Part shown: in pieces, positions 8,390 to 17,837 of the stretch
Layout: each line of letters begins with the position of its first letter
How positions within the stretch are numbered: position 1 is the first letter of the stretch
Source of the DNA: an uncultured virus (IMG/VR IMGVR_UViG_3300027969_000053)
Lineage: Duplodnaviria > Heunggongvirae > Uroviricota > Caudoviricetes
Strand: one strand, 5' to 3'
Length of the DNA stretch: 64,000 nt
IMG/VR virus record: IMGVR_UViG_3300027969_000053
The notes under the pieces: generated by a model
Databases searched by the model: none
Seen by the model: the letters and a program-made list of their open reading frames with translations, nothing else
Told to the model about the DNA's origin: nothing
Program-made: the position numbers and the translations under genes

Positions 8390-9343
8390 ATGAACACAGA
8401 CAGAACTGACTTCTTGTGGTGCGAAAAATATCGCCCAAAGACGATTGAGGATTGTATCCTTCCAGAAGGTATTAAAAAGACTTTCCAAGACTTTCTAAAT
8501 AGGGGTGAAATTCCAAATATGCTACTTGCCGGTCCTGCCGGATGTGGTAAGACTACAGTAGCAAAAGCACTATGTAATGAATTAGGGGTAGATTTTTATG
8601 TCATTAATGGATCCGACGAAGGTAGATTCCTCGATACTGTCCGAAACAATGCGAAAAACTTTGCTTCGACCGTCTCACTTTCTTCGGATGCTAAACACAA
8701 AGTCATCATCATTGATGAAGCAGACAATTCAAGTAAAGATGTTCAACTCCTTCTACGGGCGTTTACTGAGGAATTTAACAAGAATTGCCGATTTATCTTT
8801 ACCTGTAACTACAAAAACAAAATTATTGAACCCCTTCACTCCCGATGTGCAGTTGTTGAGTTCTCAATCCAAGGCAAAGAAAAAGCGCAGTTGGCAGGAT
8901 CCTTTTTCAAGCGTCTTCAAAACATCTTGGATGAAGAGAGGATCCGATATGATCCGAAAGTCCTTGCAGAACTGATCAATAAGCACTTTCCTGATTGGCG
9001 TAGAGTTCTCAACGAATGCCAAAGGTATTCTGTAAGTGGTGAAATTGATTCTGGTATTCTTGCATCGTTCTCTGACGTAAAAGTAAATGATCTCATTAAA
9101 TGTCTCAAAGAAAAGAACTTTACGGAAGTTCGTAAATGGGTTATATCCAATCTTGATAATGACTCTTCTGTTATTCTTCGTAGGGTGTATGATGCACTTT
9201 ATGAATCTTTGGTTCCTTCTAGTATTCCTGCCGCTGTTCTTACTATTGCGAAGTATTTGTATCAAGGTAGTTTTGTTGCCGACAATGAAATAAATCTTCT
9301 TGCTTGTTTGACTGAAATAATGTGTGAGTGCGAGTTCCTATGA
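8390..9343 (+). CDS. gp44: clamp loader large subunit gp44
   Basis: LWCEKYRP, GPAGCGKTT, IIIDEAD, PLHSRC. Confidence 0.96.
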   Translation: MNTDRTDFLWCEKYRPKTIEDCILPEGIKKTFQDFLNRGEIPNMLLAGPAGCGKTTVAKALCNELGVDFYVINGSDEGRFLDTVRNNAKNFASTVSLSSDAKHKVIIIDEADNSSKDVQLLLRAFTEEFNKNCRFIFTCNYKNKIIEPLHSRCAVVEFSIQGKEKAQLAGSFFKRLQNILDEERIRYDPKVLAELINKHFPDWRRVLNECQRYSVSGEIDSGILASFSDVKVNDLIKCLKEKNFTEVRKWVISNLDNDSSVILRRVYDALYESLVPSSIPAAVLTIAKYLYQGSFVADNEINLLACLTEIMCECEFL

Positions 9344-9612
9344 GTTTCAATCACTTAAAAGACGAACCAGTAAAGACAACTCCTGAAAATGTGAAGGAAG
9401 CAAATGAAGCACTTTATCGTGCCAAGTGGAATCTTCCCCAAGCGGCAAAGCACTGTGGAATGACCAATAAAGAAATGAAATTAACCTTTTGGGAATATTT
9501 GAAGTATCATAAACCAGATTTTGAAATTCAAAAAGAACCAAAAATTCAACTTAATTTTGATGGTTGTTATAATTATAATAGATTGAAAAAAGAAGGATTA
9601 GCTGATGGTTGA
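9340..9612 (+). CDS. hypothetical protein (possible helix-turn-helix)
   Basis: ATG overlaps the gp44 stop; WNLPQAAKHCGMT. Confidence 0.6.
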   Translation: MSFNHLKDEPVKTTPENVKEANEALYRAKWNLPQAAKHCGMTNKEMKLTFWEYLKYHKPDFEIQKEPKIQLNFDGCYNYNRLKKEGLADG

Positions 9613-9988
9613 ACTTAAAGATTGGTTGAAATCAATCAATCAGAATAAAAAAAATATTATGGATGGCGACGCATCAACAGAAAAAGATTATGCTCCATAT
9701 ATTATCAATCGTTGCTTATCCGCACATATTGATTGCTTAATGTATGTAAATGAAATGAATAAATATCACTTTCTTCCAAAGAAGCTTCAATATGATTTTT
9801 TTATAAATATTTTGAGAACCAAAAAGAGATATTCTACTTGGTTAAGTAAAGAAAAAATCAAAGATATTGATTATGTCAAACGTTATTATGGATATAATAA
9901 TGAAAAGGCACTACAAGCTTTGTCTATTCTATCAAAAGAACAATTAACATTTATTAAAGCGAAATTTGAAACTGGAGGAACAAAATGA
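9605..9988 (+). CDS. gp62: clamp loader small subunit gp62
   Basis: YAPYIINRCLS, QYDFFIN, VKRYYGYNNEKA. Confidence 0.92.
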   Translation: MVELKDWLKSINQNKKNIMDGDASTEKDYAPYIINRCLSAHIDCLMYVNEMNKYHFLPKKLQYDFFINILRTKKRYSTWLSKEKIKDIDYVKRYYGYNNEKALQALSILSKEQLTFIKAKFETGGTK

Positions 9989-10422
9989 GTGTAATTCAAG
10001 AACCTGTTGTAAATTGGACACCTGACCAAATGGTTGAGGTAATCCTAAATGAACCTGATGACTTTCTGAAAGTTCGTGAAACTTTGACACGCATCGGAGT
10101 TGCTTCACGCAAGGAAAAGAAAATCTATCAATCTTGCCATATTCTTCACAAGCAAGGCAGATACTATCTTGTGCATTTTAAAGAATTATTTGCACTTGAT
10201 GGAAAACACGCAAATCTTACGGTAAATGATGTCCAACGTCGTAATCGTATTGTACAACTTCTTGCAGATTGGGGACTTATTACTATAATTTCTCCGGAAA
10301 AAATTACTGATATTGCACCTTTGAATCAAATTAAAGTTCTTGCATTTAAAGATAAGGGTGAATGGGAACTTGAAACCAAATATAATATTGGCAAAAAGAC
10401 CAAACCACAGGAAACCGAATGA
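9985..10422 (+). CDS. regA: translational repressor RegA
   Basis: DDFLKVRETLTRIGVAS, QSCHILHKQGRYYLVHFKELFALDG. Confidence 0.96.
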   Translation: MSVIQEPVVNWTPDQMVEVILNEPDDFLKVRETLTRIGVASRKEKKIYQSCHILHKQGRYYLVHFKELFALDGKHANLTVNDVQRRNRIVQLLADWGLITIISPEKITDIAPLNQIKVLAFKDKGEWELETKYNIGKKTKPQETE

Positions 10423-10427
10423 TTTTG

Positions 10428-10453
10428 TAGGGAGTTCAACACTCCCTTTTTTT
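10428..10453 (+). terminator. intrinsic terminator after regA
   Basis: AGGGAGT-TCAAC-ACTCCCT followed by a T-run. Confidence 0.75.
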
Positions 10454-10474
10454 ATGTTCTGTGATATATACTAG

Positions 10475-10528
10475 TGATGTTGCCTTCGGGGACATCATTC
10501 ACTTACAGACGCTTTAAGGAGGTCTATT
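10475..10528 (+). promoter_or_regulatory. structured 5' leader of hsp20
   Basis: C(TTCG)G-capped hairpin at 10475-10497, then an AGAC/GTCT stem enclosing the AAGGAGG Shine-Dalgarno. Confidence 0.5.
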
Positions 10529-11014
10529 ATGTTTGGAACAGATTCATTTACACTTACAGTACCACAAACTGCAAAGTATTTGTTGGAAATTCAAAAGAAT
10601 AGTATTGGGATGGATGAGTGGTTTAAAAAATTTGATAGTGCGTTTGATACGCACACAAATTATCCACCATACAATTTAGTCAAAGAAAGTAGTGTTGAAT
10701 TTAGATTAGAAATCGCACTTGCTGGATACAAAAAAGAAGATATTAGGGTATCTACGGAAGAAAATATACTTACCCTTGATGTAGCAGAAGATAAAAAATC
10801 CAAAGATGCTACCGAATATCTTCATAATGGAATAGCAAAAAGAAGATTGAAAAGAACTTGGACTTTATCTAATGATGTAGTTCTTGGTGATGTTTCTTTT
10901 GTTGATGGATTGCTTACCATCAAACTAAATAGAGTTATTCCAGAGCATCAAAAGAGAAAAGTTTATGAAATCATTTCAGGAGTTCGTGAAGACAATTCGG
11001 GAAATGAAGGGTGA
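10529..11014 (+). CDS. hsp20: small heat-shock protein Hsp20
   Basis: NYPPYNL, EIALAGY, HNGIAKR, DGLLTIKL. Confidence 0.93.
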   Translation: MFGTDSFTLTVPQTAKYLLEIQKNSIGMDEWFKKFDSAFDTHTNYPPYNLVKESSVEFRLEIALAGYKKEDIRVSTEENILTLDVAEDKKSKDATEYLHNGIAKRRLKRTWTLSNDVVLGDVSFVDGLLTIKLNRVIPEHQKRKVYEIISGVREDNSGNEG

Positions 11015-11126
11015 TTTTGGCGCTGATGAAAAGATGAGTGATCAACCAGTTAATTGTTATGGTAAAACCGTGAAATATAAAATGGCGCCAAACAAAAAAG
11101 TATGTGCCTTTAAAAGAAAAAGATAA
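10965..11126 (+). CDS. 53-aa ORF with capsid-targeting-like N-terminus, overlapping the hsp20 3' end
   Basis: MKSFQEFVKTIREMKG...FKRKR; CTAAATA at 10925-10931. Confidence 0.55.
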   Translation: MKSFQEFVKTIREMKGDFGADEKMSDQPVNCYGKTVKYKMAPNKKVCAFKRKR

Positions 11127-11163
11127 ATAATTGTGGGCTACCCCAATTAACTATCGTCGCCGC

Positions 11164-11218
11164 AGAGGGGAAGACTGGCAGAATCAGTCTTGACACCCCT
11201 CTTTTTTCTTGTTATAAT
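11164..11218 (+). promoter_or_regulatory. terminator-like hairpin with embedded sigma70 promoter
   Basis: AGAGGGG-AAGACTG...CAGTCTT-GACA-CCCCTCT plus T-run; TTGACA(11190-11195)-17-TATAAT(11213-11218). Confidence 0.75.
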
Positions 11219-11239
11219 ATATGAACGTATGAGGAATTT

Positions 11240-11635
11240 ATGTCAATTAAATTAGCACTTCTTAAATCAGGAGAAGAAGTGATTGCCGATATTAAAGAGA
11301 TTGTGAATGAAGAAGAAAAGATAGTTTCTCTTCTATTTTCAAATCCATATGTCGTTAAACTGATTACTCCACAAATTTTAGTTGAAGAATTGTCCGAATC
11401 ACCAGAGATGGAATATAAAGTTTCCTTTTCTTCTTGGTTGCCATTATCTCTAGAAAAAGATATTGTGGTTAGGACTGATTGGGTGGTTTCAATTGTAGAA
11501 CCAGTAGAAATGGTAAAAAAATCTTACGAGGAAAAATTTAATGGAAGAGGAAATGACATTGCCGATGGACGAGCAGGTGGAGGAAACGACAATTCAAGTA
11601 TTGATCTTAACGAATCAATTAGTTTTAATCAGTGA
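11240..11635 (+). CDS. conserved hypothetical protein
   Basis: MSIKLALLKSGEEVIAD; GAGGA Shine-Dalgarno; upstream of gp43. Confidence 0.75.
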   Translation: MSIKLALLKSGEEVIADIKEIVNEEEKIVSLLFSNPYVVKLITPQILVEELSESPEMEYKVSFSSWLPLSLEKDIVVRTDWVVSIVEPVEMVKKSYEEKFNGRGNDIADGRAGGGNDNSSIDLNESISFNQ

Positions 11636-11852
11636 AGTAAGAGAAGTTTTAGCTGACATTGGGCAACCTGATTGTTTGCTAATCAAACCTTACCAAATCA
11701 AGAAAGGAATTGCTGAAGACAATTATCTAGTGCCTTGGTTATTTGGTGATTATACGAACGAAAAAGAAATTGCTTTAAGTTCTGATAAAATTTTAACATT
11801 AGTAGATCCAAAAAAAAATTTACTTGAAGAATATTTAAAACTTTCCAAATGA
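11541..11852 (+). CDS. conserved hypothetical protein
   Basis: ADIGQPDCLLIKPY motif; overlaps the previous gene. Confidence 0.7.
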   Translation: MEEEMTLPMDEQVEETTIQVLILTNQLVLISEVREVLADIGQPDCLLIKPYQIKKGIAEDNYLVPWLFGDYTNEKEIALSSDKILTLVDPKKNLLEEYLKLSK

Positions 11853-11858
11853 GGATAA

Positions 11859-14354
11859 ATGCGTTTTTATACATCAGTTTATGAGAAATTTAATAAAATT
11901 TATGTGCGAGGGTATGAAGACGGAAAGTATTTTGAATCAATAGAAGATTTTTATCCTACCTTTTATGTTTCTTCAAAAAAAGAAAGTAAGTATAAAACTT
12001 TGAGTGGAGAATCAGTAGAACCGATTCAACCTGGAAAAATATCAGAGTGTAAAGATTTTCTTCAAAAATATTCAAATGTTGATGGATTTTCTGTTTATGG
12101 AAATGATAATTATAAAGCACAATATATTTCCCAAACATATCCAGAAGACGAAATTGAGTTTAATATTAAGAAAATTCGTCTTGTGACAATTGATATTGAG
12201 GTTGCTTCTGAGAATGGATTTCCAAATGTATTTGATTGTGCGGAAGAACTTCTAGCAATCACATTACAAAACTACGCAACAAAGAAGTTGGTATGTTTTG
12301 CTTCTCGTCCTTATATTAATACCCGTAAGGATGTTGAATATGTTGAGTGTAGAGACGAAATTGATTTAATTCAACATTTTCTCGGATTTTGGGAAAGGGA
12401 AACTCCAGATGTGATTACAGGATGGAACTGTGAATTGTATGATATTCCTTATATTGCTGGAAGAATTGAAAGAATTTTGGGAGAGAAAGAAGCACGTCGT
12501 CTTTCACCTTGGGGAAACATTCACAGAAGAGAACTTGTAATTAAAGGAAGAGAACAAATCTCTTATGAAATTTCTGGAGTTTCTGTGATTGATTATCTTG
12601 ATCTTTATAAAAAGTTTACTTACAAAGCACAAGAATCTTATCGTCTAGACCATATTGCGAATGTGGAATTAGGCCAAAAGAAATTAGATCACTCTGAATT
12701 TGAGACCTTCAAGGATTTTTATACAAAAGATTGGCAGAAGTTTATTGATTATAATATTAGAGACGTAGAACTTGTAGATCAACTAGAAGATAAAATGAAG
12801 TTAATTGAACTTTGTTTTACAATGGCGTATGACGCAAAAGTAAATTTTAATGATGTTTTCTATCAAGTAAGAACTTGGGATGCTATCATTTATAATTACT
12901 TAAAGAAAAGAGATATTGTCATTCCTCCTAAGGACCATTCGGAAAAGAGTGATAAATTTGCTGGTGCATATGTAAAAGATCCAATTCCCGGAAAATATGA
13001 TTGGGTAGTGAATTTTGACCTTAACAGTCTATACCCTCACCTGATTATGCAATATAATATAAGTCCAGAAACTTTAATTGACCAAAGGCATCCTTCTGTA
13101 ACTATTGATAAAATTTTAAATCAAGATATTACTTTTGATAAGTATAGTGATTATGCAGTTTGTGCGAATGGCGCGATGTATCGCAAAGATGTTCGTGGAT
13201 TTCTTCCAGAACTAATGGAAAAAATGTATAACGACCGTGTAATCTTCAAGAAAAAGATGTTGGTTGCAAAGCAGCAATATGAAAAAACCAAGACAAAAGA
13301 ATTGGAAAAAGAAATTGCAAGATGCAACAACATCCAAATGGCGAAAAAGATTTCTCTTAATAGTGCTTACGGTGCTATTGGAAATGCATACTTTCGTTAT
13401 TATAAACTAGCAAATGCCGAAGCAATCACAATGTCTGGGCAAGTTTCCATTCGTTGGATTGAAAGTAAAATGAATTTATACTTGAATAGAATTCTTAAAA
13501 CTAATAATATTGATTATGTGATTGCTTCTGATACAGATTCTATCTATCTTAACTTAGGTCCATTGGTTGATAAAGTGTATAGCGGAAAGGAAAAAGATAC
13601 TAAAAGTATTGTTTCATTTCTAGATAAACTCTGCAAGGTAGAACTTGAAAAATACATTGATAGTTGTTATCAAGAACTGGCAGAATATGTAAATGCATAT
13701 GACCAAAAGATGCAAATGAAACGTGAGAATATCGCAGAACGTGGAATCTGGACTGCCAAAAAACGATACATCTTAAATGTTTGGGATAGTGAAGGTGTTC
13801 GTTATGAAGAACCTAAACTTAAAATAACAGGTATTGAGGCGGTTAAATCTTCAACTCCTGCTCCGTGTCGTCAAATGATTAAAGACGCACTTAAAATAGT
13901 GATGACAAAAACAGAAGATGATCTAATTTCTTTTATAGATAATTTTCGTAAAGATTTCAATCAACTTTCTCCAGAAGAAATTTCATTTCCAAGAACAGTT
14001 TCTGATGTAAATAAATACAAATCTTCTTCAACTCTTTATAGTAAAGGAACGCCAATTAACGCAAGAGGAGCAATTCTTTATAATTATTTAATTAAAGAAA
14101 AAAAGTTAGATAAGAAGTATGCGAAAATTCAAAATGGCGAGAAGATTAAATTTTGTTATTTAAAACTTCCAAATCCAATTCAAGAAAATGTTATTTCTTA
14201 TATTCAAGAATTTCCGAAGGAATTTGGGCTGGACAAATACATTGATTATGACCTACAATTTAGTAAAGCATTTTTGGAGCCAATGAAAGTAATTTTGGAT
14301 TCAATTGGTTGGAGAACAGAAAAAACAGTAACACTTGACTCATTTTTTATATAG
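11859..14354 (+). CDS. gp43: family B DNA polymerase gp43, uninterrupted
   Basis: Exonuclease DIE motif, FDLNSLYPH, KISLNSAYG, SDTDS. Confidence 0.98.
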   Translation: MRFYTSVYEKFNKIYVRGYEDGKYFESIEDFYPTFYVSSKKESKYKTLSGESVEPIQPGKISECKDFLQKYSNVDGFSVYGNDNYKAQYISQTYPEDEIEFNIKKIRLVTIDIEVASENGFPNVFDCAEELLAITLQNYATKKLVCFASRPYINTRKDVEYVECRDEIDLIQHFLGFWERETPDVITGWNCELYDIPYIAGRIERILGEKEARRLSPWGNIHRRELVIKGREQISYEISGVSVIDYLDLYKKFTYKAQESYRLDHIANVELGQKKLDHSEFETFKDFYTKDWQKFIDYNIRDVELVDQLEDKMKLIELCFTMAYDAKVNFNDVFYQVRTWDAIIYNYLKKRDIVIPPKDHSEKSDKFAGAYVKDPIPGKYDWVVNFDLNSLYPHLIMQYNISPETLIDQRHPSVTIDKILNQDITFDKYSDYAVCANGAMYRKDVRGFLPELMEKMYNDRVIFKKKMLVAKQQYEKTKTKELEKEIARCNNIQMAKKISLNSAYGAIGNAYFRYYKLANAEAITMSGQVSIRWIESKMNLYLNRILKTNNIDYVIASDTDSIYLNLGPLVDKVYSGKEKDTKSIVSFLDKLCKVELEKYIDSCYQELAEYVNAYDQKMQMKRENIAERGIWTAKKRYILNVWDSEGVRYEEPKLKITGIEAVKSSTPAPCRQMIKDALKIVMTKTEDDLISFIDNFRKDFNQLSPEEISFPRTVSDVNKYKSSSTLYSKGTPINARGAILYNYLIKEKKLDKKYAKIQNGEKIKFCYLKLPNPIQENVISYIQEFPKEFGLDKYIDYDLQFSKAFLEPMKVILDSIGWRTEKTVTLDSFFI

Positions 14355-14362
14355 GAGGTAAA

Positions 14363-15367
14363 ATGGATTTTTTAAAAGATATAGTAAACGAAATTGGTGG
14401 AGAATACACACAACTTGCATCAGAGATTGACGAAACTGAAACGTATGTGGACACTGGTAGTTACATATTCAATGCTCTTGTTAGCGGGAGCATCTTTGGT
14501 GGGGTATCTGGTAATAAAATTACTGCAATTGCGGGCGAATCAAGCACTGGAAAAACTTTCTTTAGTTTGGCAGTCGTTAAGAATTTTCTTGATAATAATC
14601 CTACTGGATACTGTCTGTATTTTGATACTGAAGCTGCAATCACCAGATCCTTATTAGAGGGGAGAGGCATTGACACAACTCGCTTGGTCGTTGTCAATGT
14701 TGTCACCGTAGAAGAGTTCCGTGGGAAGGCGCTTAAAGCAGTTGATCTTTATATGAAGAAACCCGAAGCAGAACGCAATCCTTGCATGTTTGTGCTAGAT
14801 TCTTTGGGAATGCTTTCTACCAGTAAGGAGATCAACGATGCTCTGAACGACAAGGAGGTGCGAGATATGACCAAATCTCAACTCATCAAAGGTGCATTCC
14901 GTATGCTCACACTGAAACTGGGTCAGGCAAATATTCCAATGATCGTGACGAATCACTTATATTCTGTTGTGGGAGCTTATGTTCCAACACAAGAACAATC
15001 TGGAGGAAGTGGATTGAAGTATGCAGCTTCTTCTATAGTTTATCTTTCCAAAAAGAAAGAAAAAGATGGGACGGAAGTTATTGGTAACATTATTAAATCA
15101 AAATTAGTCAAATCTCGTTTAAGTAAAGAAAATCAAGAAGTAGAAATACGACTTTATTATGATGAAAGAGGTCTTGATAAGTATTATGGTTTATTGGAAC
15201 TTGGAGAGATTGGTGGATTGTGGAAAAATACTGCTGGTAGATATGAAATGGATGGAAAAAAAATATATGGAAAGGAAATATTAAAAAATCCAGAACAATA
15301 TTTTACTCCTCAAGTATTACAAGCACTTGATGAAATTGCTAGGCAAAAATTTTCTTATGGAAAATGA
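14363..15367 (+). CDS. uvsX: RecA-like recombinase UvsX
   Basis: AGESSTGKT, YFDTE, VLDSLG, GGSGLKYAAS. Confidence 0.96.
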   Translation: MDFLKDIVNEIGGEYTQLASEIDETETYVDTGSYIFNALVSGSIFGGVSGNKITAIAGESSTGKTFFSLAVVKNFLDNNPTGYCLYFDTEAAITRSLLEGRGIDTTRLVVVNVVTVEEFRGKALKAVDLYMKKPEAERNPCMFVLDSLGMLSTSKEINDALNDKEVRDMTKSQLIKGAFRMLTLKLGQANIPMIVTNHLYSVVGAYVPTQEQSGGSGLKYAASSIVYLSKKKEKDGTEVIGNIIKSKLVKSRLSKENQEVEIRLYYDERGLDKYYGLLELGEIGGLWKNTAGRYEMDGKKIYGKEILKNPEQYFTPQVLQALDEIARQKFSYGK

Positions 15368-15399
15368 TATAAATAAGTGTGGTTACTAACCATACACAA

Positions 15400-15957
15400 A
15401 TGTTTATAGATACGCACCACATAATACCAAGATCTGAAGGTGGAACTGATGATCCAAAAAATCTTGTTAAACTTCCAAGAAGATTACATCAAGAAGTTCA
15501 TCATCGTAGGTGGTTAGTTGGTGGATCTATTAATGATTTGTATGCTTTCCAAATATTAGGCGGAAATTTATCAGACGATGAATTGAAAAAAATTTATGAA
15601 GATCAAGTTTATAGATGTAAGAGGGATCAAACTAAATTGACTGAATCTAGAATAAATTCTGATAAATGGAAACAATCACATCAAAATGATGAATATAAAC
15701 AAAAGAAAAGAGAACAGAGTATTTTATTAAATAAACTTGGAAAAATTAATTCTAAAGAATCATCAATGCTTATAAGTGAAAAGAAAAAATCGGTGAAAAA
15801 TTACAATTCAAAATTAATTTCAGTTTATGGTAAAATATGGGAGGATGCTTCTAAATGTGTAAGAAGTGGTGGTTCTAATGGATTAAGTTTAAGACAATTG
15901 AGATACCGAGCGAATGAAATTAATTATCCCGATATATTTTATGTGGAGCAAATTTAG
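15400..15957 (+). CDS. free-standing HNH endonuclease
   Basis: HHIIPRSEGGTDDPKNLVKL..RLHQEVH; late promoter TATAAATA at 15368-15375. Confidence 0.85.
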   Translation: MFIDTHHIIPRSEGGTDDPKNLVKLPRRLHQEVHHRRWLVGGSINDLYAFQILGGNLSDDELKKIYEDQVYRCKRDQTKLTESRINSDKWKQSHQNDEYKQKKREQSILLNKLGKINSKESSMLISEKKKSVKNYNSKLISVYGKIWEDASKCVRSGGSNGLSLRQLRYRANEINYPDIFYVEQI

Positions 15958-15959
15958 TT

Positions 15960-16520
15960 ATGGTAATTGATTTAAATTATTTTGTTCAAGTTCATGAAAA
16001 TGCACTGGAAGAAAATGTTTGTGATTTCTTAATTTCATTATTTGATCAAGTTCCAGATAAACACGAGAGAATAGAAAACGAAAGAAAACCAAACTTCACT
16101 CAATTCAATCTTACTGAAAACTGTAAGATCACAGACGAAGTAAATACTGTTCACAATCATTTAATTAAAAAAACTTTTGATTATCGTAATGAATATTATG
16201 ATATGATTGATAAGAGAGTTTTTCCGGAAGAACACGCATTTGAACAATTTCGCATTAAGAGGTACAATAATGATGGCAATGACGAATTTGACACTCACGT
16301 AGATGTTATAGATCACGCAACATCAAGAAGATATTTGGCATTCTTTTGGTATTTGAATGATGTAGAACAGGGAGGAGAAACTAAATTTGCTGATATGATT
16401 ATACAACCAAAGAAAGGGAGTCTTCTTGTATTCCCTCCTCTTTGGATGTTTCCTCACGCAGGATTGCAACCAATAAGCAATCCAAAATATATTTTACACA
16501 CGTATTTGCACTATAAGTAA
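15960..16520 (+). CDS. 2OG-Fe(II) oxygenase
   Basis: HVD, YLNDVEQGGET, FPP.W.FPHAG, distal K. Confidence 0.9.
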   Translation: MVIDLNYFVQVHENALEENVCDFLISLFDQVPDKHERIENERKPNFTQFNLTENCKITDEVNTVHNHLIKKTFDYRNEYYDMIDKRVFPEEHAFEQFRIKRYNNDGNDEFDTHVDVIDHATSRRYLAFFWYLNDVEQGGETKFADMIIQPKKGSLLVFPPLWMFPHAGLQPISNPKYILHTYLHYK

Positions 16521-17152
16521 TGGAAAAAGTCGAAACTACTATTTTAAGAAATTTACTTTTTAATAATGATTATTGTAGAAAAGTATTACCATTTATTAAA
16601 AATGAATATTTTGAAAACCTTCACGAGAAGGTAGTTTTTGAAGAGATTTGTAAGTTTATTGTTGCTTATGATGGTCTTGCGACAAAAGAAGTTCTTTTAA
16701 TTGAAACTGAAAAAAGAACTGATATTACAGAAGATACTTATAAAACAATTTGTGAATATGTTTCTAATTTAGATAATACTCCTGCTGATACGAATTGGGT
16801 TACTGATACTACAGAAAAATGGTGCCGTGATAGAGCAATCTATCTTGCACTTATGGAAAGCATTAAAATTGCTGACGGACAAGATGATAAGAAGAATAGA
16901 GATGCAATTCCAACTATTCTTCAAGAAGCACTTGCTATTTCTTTTGATGACCATATTGGCCACGATTATCTAAACGATTATGAGGACAGATTTAATTCTT
17001 ATCACAGAAAAGAAGATAAAATTTCTTTTGATTTGGAATATTTTAACAAAATTACCAAAGGTGGTATTCCCAATAAAACACTCAATATTGCTTTAGCTGG
17101 TTGCGTTCATCCAGAAACCAGAGTTAAAATCAGATTTAGGAAGATTTCTTGA
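16520..17152 (+). CDS. gp41: replicative helicase gp41 N-terminal fragment fused to a 16-aa split-intein N part
   Basis: gp41 sequence up to NIALAG, then CVHPETRVKIRFRKIS and stop. Confidence 0.93.
   Translation: MEKVETTILRNLLFNNDYCRKVLPFIKNEYFENLHEKVVFEEICKFIVAYDGLATKEVLLIETEKRTDITEDTYKTICEYVSNLDNTPADTNWVTDTTEKWCRDRAIYLALMESIKIADGQDDKKNRDAIPTILQEALAISFDDHIGHDYLNDYEDRFNSYHRKEDKISFDLEYFNKITKGGIPNKTLNIALAGCVHPETRVKIRFRKIS
17102..17149 (+). mobile_element. atypically split intein, IntN (16 aa)
   Basis: Starts with Cys1 immediately after LAG of the Walker A loop; block A-like CVHPETRV. Confidence 0.88.
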
Positions 17153-17804
17153 TTTTGGAGTTTGGTGCTGGTTCTCCAGTTCCAAACTTCCAACCTTCAT
17201 TTAGTTTTATATCAACTTCTTCTGGTGATACTCTTTTCCATCCCTTTGTTCCCGGTAAATGCATTACCTTTTTGCCTTTATGTGCCTTTCCCCCTAATGA
17301 TGCTCGTGTTTTTCTTCCTTCATTAGATGCCCAATAATTGAATTCTGTGGATGCTCTTTGTTTTCCTCCAATTGATGCTCTTTCCTTTCTGCCTTCTTCT
17401 GTACTCCAATAATAGAAATTTTTAGTATTATTGATTAGATATTCTTGTTTTTGTATTTCTATTCCTTTTAGTCTCCAATCTTTTCTTTCTTCTACTGGGA
17501 TTGAGAAGAACCCAATTTGATTATCTCTACAAAATTCTCCTATTATTTTTCTGTGTTGGGGTGTTATATTTGCCCCCAACATTTTCATAGACCTTAAATC
17601 ATTTGGATTTTTATAAATTTTCCAAAGTAAATAATGTGCTATGATATGTTCTCTTACACTTAAATAAGTGAGATTTTCTTCACTATTATCTCCCCCCATA
17701 TGTTTTGGAGTAATATGGTGTTCGTGTATCCCAGAATATTTTTTATAATTGTCTTTTCTTGACCTATTGCTTTCGCATAGATTATAATAGATTTGACTAA
17801 ACAT
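17136..17804 (-). CDS. HNH endonuclease inserted antisense between the gp41 halves
   Basis: HEHHITPKHMGGDNSEENLTYLSVREHIIAH; minus-strand TATAAATA at 17833-17826. Confidence 0.88.
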   Translation of the reverse strand: MFSQIYYNLCESNRSRKDNYKKYSGIHEHHITPKHMGGDNSEENLTYLSVREHIIAHYLLWKIYKNPNDLRSMKMLGANITPQHRKIIGEFCRDNQIGFFSIPVEERKDWRLKGIEIQKQEYLINNTKNFYYWSTEEGRKERASIGGKQRASTEFNYWASNEGRKTRASLGGKAHKGKKVMHLPGTKGWKRVSPEEVDIKLNEGWKFGTGEPAPNSKIKKSS

Positions 17805-17837
17805 TTCCCCTGTCCCTGCTACTACTATTTATACAAA

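Noticed and set aside
11859..14354. Intein or intron in gp43
   Set aside because: Continuous 831-aa ORF with normal motif spacing
17153..17837. Group I intron or translational bypass joining the gp41 halves
   Set aside because: The interval is filled by an antisense ORF with no room for an intron core, and intein motifs on both halves explain the break
17793..17837. ORF-track N-terminal extension of the gp41 C fragment (MTKHFPCPCYYYLYK)
   Set aside because: It overlaps the antisense HNH start and promoter; intein-like sequence begins at ATG 17838
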